From Schmidtea polychroa (Eukaryota), in contig CM097885.1 of NCBI GenBank assembly GCA_044892525.1, positions 31,870,001 to 31,930,000 on the forward strand: a DNA stretch of 60,000 bases. Direction: 5' to 3'. Position numbers and translations under genes: made by a program. Below are positions 54,501 to 60,000 of this stretch, piece after piece; the stretch's first letter is position 1, and each line of letters begins with the position of its first letter. The notes beneath the pieces are model-generated. The model was given only the letters and a program-made list of their open reading frames with translations. It had not been told where the DNA came from and made no database searches.

Positions 54501-55402
54501 TGGAGACCGAGCTTTCTCCCAGAAACCCAGACATTGAAGTCACCGGGACTAGTAAGGTCCAGGCGAACTTTGCATCGGCATCGGCCGTGCAAACACCAGC
54601 AACTTCGAAACCGAAACGTCGGCAACTGTCGCGAGCCGAACGCAAACGGAAACAACGGGAGCGGGCATCGGTCAAGCAGTGTGCATCGTCAACCATCGCT
54701 CCAGTCAGCAGTAACAATAATCCAACCATGGTCGACCTAACAGCCGGGATCTCCGGGCGAGTCATCTCCGCCGCCGGGGTGACATGGAAAGAAAACGCCG
54801 CCGAGTTCTTTGATCTAAACGAGTTACTCGCCGACTCGGAGTGGGAGAAATGAGGATCTCCCCTAAAATTGGCCTCATTCTCTAGAGAAACCAGAAAACT
54901 TGCCGAAATCATTTTTTTATTATCTTTATGTTTTTCTTGTTCTTGTAAATATTGATGTATAAGCTCTCGATGTATTTGCATGATAATGCCGAAAATAAAC
55001 CAGTTTCATTTATATATGCGTTTCGTTTTGTCGTAAAATAGTGAATACGAGATAGGTGAATAGCATTGAGAGTCTCACGAAACGAGGAGCATTAGTCAGT
55101 TAGGGGCATCGCGACGGGCGACAGAGTGAGAAGACGTAAGTCCTTCTATCGGCAGTCGGGGTTAGGAAGTCGAGGCCTCAGTAAGGAGTAGTCCGAAGGA
55201 GCTGGCTCACCTGCTTACTGGCGTCTCGCCGGCATCGCACAGTTCCAACGTGACGCAACTCACGGGTGCTATGCTGGAGTGTAGGTTATGTACGGGTCCT
55301 GCTCAGCGATGACAAAATAAAGACGAGCGAAATCGATGTGGGCATTTCATCCTCTAGATTAAACGCGGGGGGGGGGGTCATCTGAGTAGTTAGCCGCCAA
55401 CA
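51558..55402 (+). repeat. Putative 3.85-kb 5' LTR
   Basis: Inverted termini TGTTGG/CCAACA with a PBS 7 nt downstream. ATTGG at 51893 and TATA at 51919. Confidence 0.7.
54110..54853 (+). CDS. LTR-encoded CxxC/coiled-coil protein with basic NLS-like patch and acidic tail
   Basis: Intact 247-aa ORF with TATA at 53717, donor at 53783, acceptors at 54100/54109 and AATAAA at 54994. Confidence 0.7.
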   Translation: MLPNPKTILKPCFSCADKNSIIRDLQAQIGKYKRKIDELEGTWFSPSQMKETRKKLYRSEHCRDALIAESRAQRSLIKEQSEALHKLYVQAATTRKIAKISISEASNLFPAHHDTSVRSSSPLRKSCRECVETELSPRNPDIEVTGTSKVQANFASASAVQTPATSKPKRRQLSRAERKRKQRERASVKQCASSTIAPVSSNNNPTMVDLTAGISGRVISAAGVTWKENAAEFFDLNELLADSEWEK

Positions 55403-55409
55403 TAATTTT

Positions 55410-55429
55410 TGGGGGCTCAGTCGGGATTT
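55410..55429 (+). promoter_or_regulatory. Primer-binding site, tRNA-Pro-like
   Basis: TGGGGGCTCAGTCGGGATTT compared with the canonical tRNA-Pro PBS TGGGGGCTCGTCCGGGATTT. Confidence 0.8.
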
Positions 55430-55740
55430 AGATAAAAATTTCCGTTGACTAGTGTAAGCTTGGCCGGGATATTATTGAATTTTTGTCGAACTGTGTGAAT
55501 TCACCGAGAGGATCGATTCCCATTGATGGGCGAGTGCAAATTGACTAATGCTTATCGAGTCTTATTATGAAACTACGGTTAAAAAATGATAAAATTAAAT
55601 ATATAACTAAAGTAAATTTAATAATGGGGAAGTAAGATAAAAGCAAAATAAATTATAACGATTTAAAAGGGAAAATGTTTGATGAAACAACCATGGAATC
55701 AGCTGTATATTATTAAAATATTTTCTTTTCTCTAATAGAC

Positions 55741-56226
55741 ATGACGGAGTTCGCAGAGCAGATGCAACAATTAATCAATTTCATTGATATAGAAAACGAT
55801 TCCATAAAAACGCTCATACACAAAAGAGAGAGGATTAAGAGCATACAATTACAAACAATGGGACAAGCACCAGTCGTACCTAACCATATGTTATTAGCCA
55901 CAGGTTTAAGTCGTACAGAGGGGAAAGTAAATCATGAAACAGTATACCAGTGGTATCAGGAAAGATTGAGACACCCTGCATTGAACCTGGAATACCATCG
56001 ACTACGAGATCAATTAGATACCATACCCGACATAATTGAACAGAAGATACAAGAGAAACTCACTAAATTACGAACCTGTCTGTCTTGCAAACTTCGTCCT
56101 ATTCGCGTACTGTTCTTGCCTTGTGGACACCTCAGTCACTGCGAAGAATGTGTGAGCGATTTAAAGCGATGCACGATATGTAAGCATGAGATAAAAGAAA
56201 CTCATATGGTTTATTATGGTGAATGA
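55741..56226 (+). CDS. IAP/MDM2-type C-terminal RING finger protein (putative E3 ligase)
   Basis: CLSCKLRPIRVLFLPCGHLSHCEECVSDLKRCTICKHEI near the C-terminus. Acceptor at 55738, AATAAA at 56286. Confidence 0.85.
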   Translation: MTEFAEQMQQLINFIDIENDSIKTLIHKRERIKSIQLQTMGQAPVVPNHMLLATGLSRTEGKVNHETVYQWYQERLRHPALNLEYHRLRDQLDTIPDIIEQKIQEKLTKLRTCLSCKLRPIRVLFLPCGHLSHCEECVSDLKRCTICKHEIKETHMVYYGE

Positions 56227-56708
56227 AATTGTTAAAGATACAATAACATTGATAAACATCGAATCATTACTGACGGTTGAGTGAGAATAAATGTAAATGT
56301 TGTATGGAATATTATCAAAGTATTAATTTTTATTTGTTATGACGAATAAAATTTTGTTATGAACTGAGTAATTTATGGCTTTTAACCCTAATTTTTTGCT
56401 GTGAATCAAACGAAAAGAAAACTAAACTAACGTGGAATTAGTCCCAATATAGGCTGTAAGGGTACAAACCGAGCCACCTTCGGGCGGTACGTTCTATCAT
56501 AAGAAAAACCAATTGGGAGGGGATAACCGATCAACCTAAGTGAGGAGCGTAGGGCGGGGTACCATCGCAAATGATGTGAAGTTTCTGCGGCGTGACTGAT
56601 CACCATGCCAATGTGGAAATGGATCATCGCGATCGTCGTGCGTTTTGAGCAAGGGGGGAAAGGGGAAAACACTTCCAAGCGGTAGAAGCAGGTCGACCAA
56701 TTAATTAA

Positions 56709-56910
56709 CATAGAGCTGACGTAGTGAGGCAGCCATAGAGCTGACGTAGTGAGGCAGCCATAGAGCTGACGTAGTGAGGCAGCCATAGAGCTGACGTAGT
56801 GAGGCAGCCATAGAGCTGACGTAGTGAGGCAGCCATAGCGCTGACATAGTGAGGCAGCCATAGAGCTGACGTAGTGAGACAACCATAGAGCTGACGTAGT
56901 GGGAGAGCCA
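56709..56910 (+). repeat. 25-bp tandem repeat x8 (catagagctgacgtagtgaggcagc)
   Basis: Seen directly. There are no unique spacers. Confidence 0.95.
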
Positions 56911-58289
56911 CCAGAACTAAATAGTGGGATAACAGAATGAAAATAAAAATTGAAATGAGATAAACAGTAAAGCTGAACCACAGCAAAGTAGAATATTAAA
57001 GCCGACTAAGAAAGGAAATTGAGAGAAAATGAGTAAAAATTTGTTCGTAAGATTAGAATAAGAGAGGAATAAACGAGCTCGTAATAGATGATAATAAAAC
57101 GTTAGTGAGAAAGAGAAATAGGAAAGGAAATTAAGAGGATAGTGAGAGAAAATAATTAACTAATTAAAGGGATCCCAGTAGAGTAGAGAAACTCTACAGA
57201 ATTTTTGGGTTTAAACCGGGAAGATGATTTTTTTTGGTTCCAGAGTAGAACCCAGTGAGAGAATAACCGATACGGGAAGATAAGTAAACCAGCGACAATA
57301 GCGCAAAAGGATTAAGAAAATAAGGGGGGTAATAAGCAGTGACCGACAACGACCTATTCATATTATAAGTATTAAAGATAGATAATTATTCCGACTAAAT
57401 AGATAATTGTTACTACCCCATATAGATAATTTAAAATCGACGAAAAATACGGGCTGATGGGAGATTATAACCCGCGAAAGTAATTGTATAAAAATAGGGG
57501 AAGCACAAACAGAAACCTAAAAGGTGTCTGTGTTTGAATGTTGCAGAAAGAATGATGAAGTCGTGTAAGCAGAAGCAACACGAGATCATTTTTTCATTTT
57601 AGATAGCAAACCAATCCAGTCAACCAAGCCGATCCAGAACCTGCACAAAAGGAATTCGAAGAAACCAACAACCAACCAGAGATAATCAATTCAGAACCCG
57701 CTCAATAGGAGTAACACAACCCGAAGATTGTAATAACGGAAGACGATACAAATAACGACATCTCCAACTTCGAACGAATCACCGATCTATTCAGTCTCGT
57801 TGTATTAGCAGCCATCAGCCAAGGACTCCTAAATCTCCTCAGAATATCATTAGCAGAAGCGTATAGAATACTCTTCGAAGGAAACACTATCAGAACCGAA
57901 CTCGCCCAATTCAGTAGCCGCTAACCGTAGAAAAATCCACGAGAAAAGACAGAGAAACGTAAGAAAGAATCACGGATAAACCCAGCCTTAGATCTTCAAG
58001 TAAGCCAGGAGACGTATTATTTTCAGGAGACGAATTAGAACAACTCAAAAGAGGACGATCAATTAGACATCAGAGAGGGATATCACAAGGAGCAAGAAGA
58101 ACCAACAAAATACCGATATACGATCAAGAAAACCCCACAGCCTGATACACACCCAGTCGATCTAGAAGCAGAGATAGTCTATCCGATATAACAAACAACC
58201 TAACCGCGTCAACAGAAGCACTATCTGCCAATAGCCTGAGTACATCGTTGGATAATTTGAAAGAAACGATAGAAATTCAAGAACCAATC

Positions 58290-60000
58290 ATGACGAGTGT
58301 GGTAAAAACCGACGAGTATAAAGAAAAATTTAGAGGTGAACCGTTCAACGGAAATGCAAACAAGTTGGCGACATTCATAACCAACTTTGAAGTCTATATC
58401 GATGTGTGTGGATGGACATCCGAAGCAGTTAGCAAAAGGATGCCGTTATTTTTGTGCGATAGCGCATTAGAAGTATATTTAGAGGCTAAAGAAAGAAATA
58501 CGAAATTGGATAAATGGGATGATATCAAGACATTCCTGAAGAAAACATTTGGAGCTAGCAAACCAATAAATCAAGCACTTGGCGAACTGGCAAATCGGAA
58601 ACAAAGAGCAAATGAATCAATTACATTATACGCCAGCGAATTGCGGAGATTAGCAAAGAAAGCAATGATTGGAAATTTGCCAGAGGAAAATTTGATCGGC
58701 TATTTCATAGAGGGATTACGCCGAGAAGAAGTGAGAGCGTCTGTAGGATGTCAAATGTGCGCAACATTAGAAGAGGCCATAGATTGGGCTACCCGATGCG
58801 AGCTCCATCTTCCAGCACAAATGAATATCATGCAAGAGGATGGGAGGATAGCAACAGCCACGGTAAAAACGGATAATGGAGATAGCAACAACCAAGGACC
58901 AAAAATGAACCAATTTATACCCGGAGCACATCAAATTTTCAAACCACCACAAGGACGATCAAATGGGAATAATAGTGATCGCAATAACCTGAATAATTGA
59001 AACAATTTTAATAATCGACGAAATACGAATGATAACAAACAGTGCCGAACATGTGGTAAATCAGGGCATTGGGACAGAGATTGTTATAGAAATGCAAATT
59101 GTAATCGTTGCGGACGACGGGGGCATACGGAGGGTATATGTCAAGCAAGAGCGTGTTACAACTGCGGACAATCAGGACATATCTCGAGAGAATGCCGAGA
59201 AAGAAACCAACAACAACGACAACCTCAACGAAATAATAATTATACACCAAATCCGCAACGACAAAATAACCTCAGTGAAGGAAAACAAATGAACGTCATG
59301 CAAGAAATTTCTCAAATGAAACAGATGATGCATCAATTAATGCGACCCAGATCAGAACCGGCACCTCAGCAAACACAGAATATACGTATGATGAGAAGCA
59401 CCGAAAACATCAACGACTACGAGAGACAGCAACACGCGCAAGATTGGCAACGATTGCAGGCGGAGGAAGAGAGGATAAAACAAGAACGCAACCAGCAACG
59501 ACAAGAACAACCATTTCGAATAAATATGTTGAAACTGGTAAAGGACATAAAAAATCAATATTGTTACAACTATGGGAAAGACCCAAGAATTGTACCTATG
59601 ACCGAACCAGAAAAAGCGAAAGAAACGACAACAGAAATCAGAGCAGAAAACCTAACAACGATACTGAAAGGAAACCAAAGAATTCAGAAAATATTCTGGA
59701 AAAAGATAAAAGATAAAATCGAAAAAGAACACGATAAAGCGAAAACAGAAATAAAAGATGAAAACAACAAAAACAAGGAACAACCCAGTCCTCTAAACCA
59801 CAAAATGCTGCAAGAATTGGAATCTGAAGAAACAACGATATTCGAAAACAAGAAACTAAAACGAGTACCAAGGATGAGAAATTTGCGAATCAACATGATG
59901 AAAAAGACAAAAGATACAACGTCGTCAGACGAAGATGAAGACTATGTGAGCAGTTTAGGTGGAGAAATACTACAATTAAACGAAGCCAGCGAACCTCAAA
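58290..60000 (+). CDS. gag: Gag polyprotein with three CCHC knuckles, one in-frame TGA at 58998-59000, open to the window end
   Basis: FNGNANKLATFITNFE, LFLCDSALEVY, RKQRANESITLY. Same frame after the TGA gives CRTCGKSGHWDRDC, CNRCGRRGHTEGIC and CYNCGQSGHISREC. Confidence 0.9.

Larger units (their letters stand above)
51558..60000 (+). mobile_element. 5' part of a giant-LTR Ty3/gypsy element (Burro-like), truncated by the window end
   Basis: TGTTGG at 51558 and CCAACA ending at 55402, PBS, RING ORF, gag. The 3' LTR is not visible, so the LTR boundaries rest on the termini and the PBS. Confidence 0.8.

Noticed and set aside
54190..54981. 263-aa minus-strand ORF
   Set aside because: Shadow of the + strand ORF that has TATA, splice and poly(A) support.
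56709..56910. CRISPR-like array and overlapping ORFs at 56427-56986
   Set aside because: Head-to-tail 25-bp repeat without spacers in a eukaryotic context. The ORFs are repeat artefacts.

Overview
AT-rich eukaryotic DNA with many 38-50 nt GT-AG introns and (TA)n microsatellites. This is consistent with a planarian or other flatworm genome, but the organism is an inference. The host content is a 13-exon, minus-strand Argonaute gene (10330-50791, about 833 aa from the first visible ATG, catalytic D-E-D-H intact). Downstream on the same strand is a spliced gene with micro-exons and a Gln/Arg-rich repeat exon (930-7329). The last Ago intron (20.6 kb) holds a nearly intact 17.3-kb Ty3/gypsy LTR element (12573-29922, minus strand) with an unusual order: Gag, Bcl-2-like domain, TM/signal peptide, Cys-rich Env-like glycoprotein, PR, RT, RH, IN, extra membrane protein. 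Its 4.6-kb 3' region carries spliced antisense units and a pre-miRNA-like hairpin. A solo LTR of the same family lies at 46806-47863. From 51558 a second, giant-LTR gypsy element begins, with a 3.85-kb LTR that contains its own spliced gene, a tRNA-Pro-like PBS, an IAP-type RING gene before gag, and gag running off the window. A conserved, covarying ~110-nt structured motif occurs twice, at 8881 and 55133. hAT, Tigger/pogo and MITE insertions fill the introns. All assignments come from reading motifs by eye; no database search was run.
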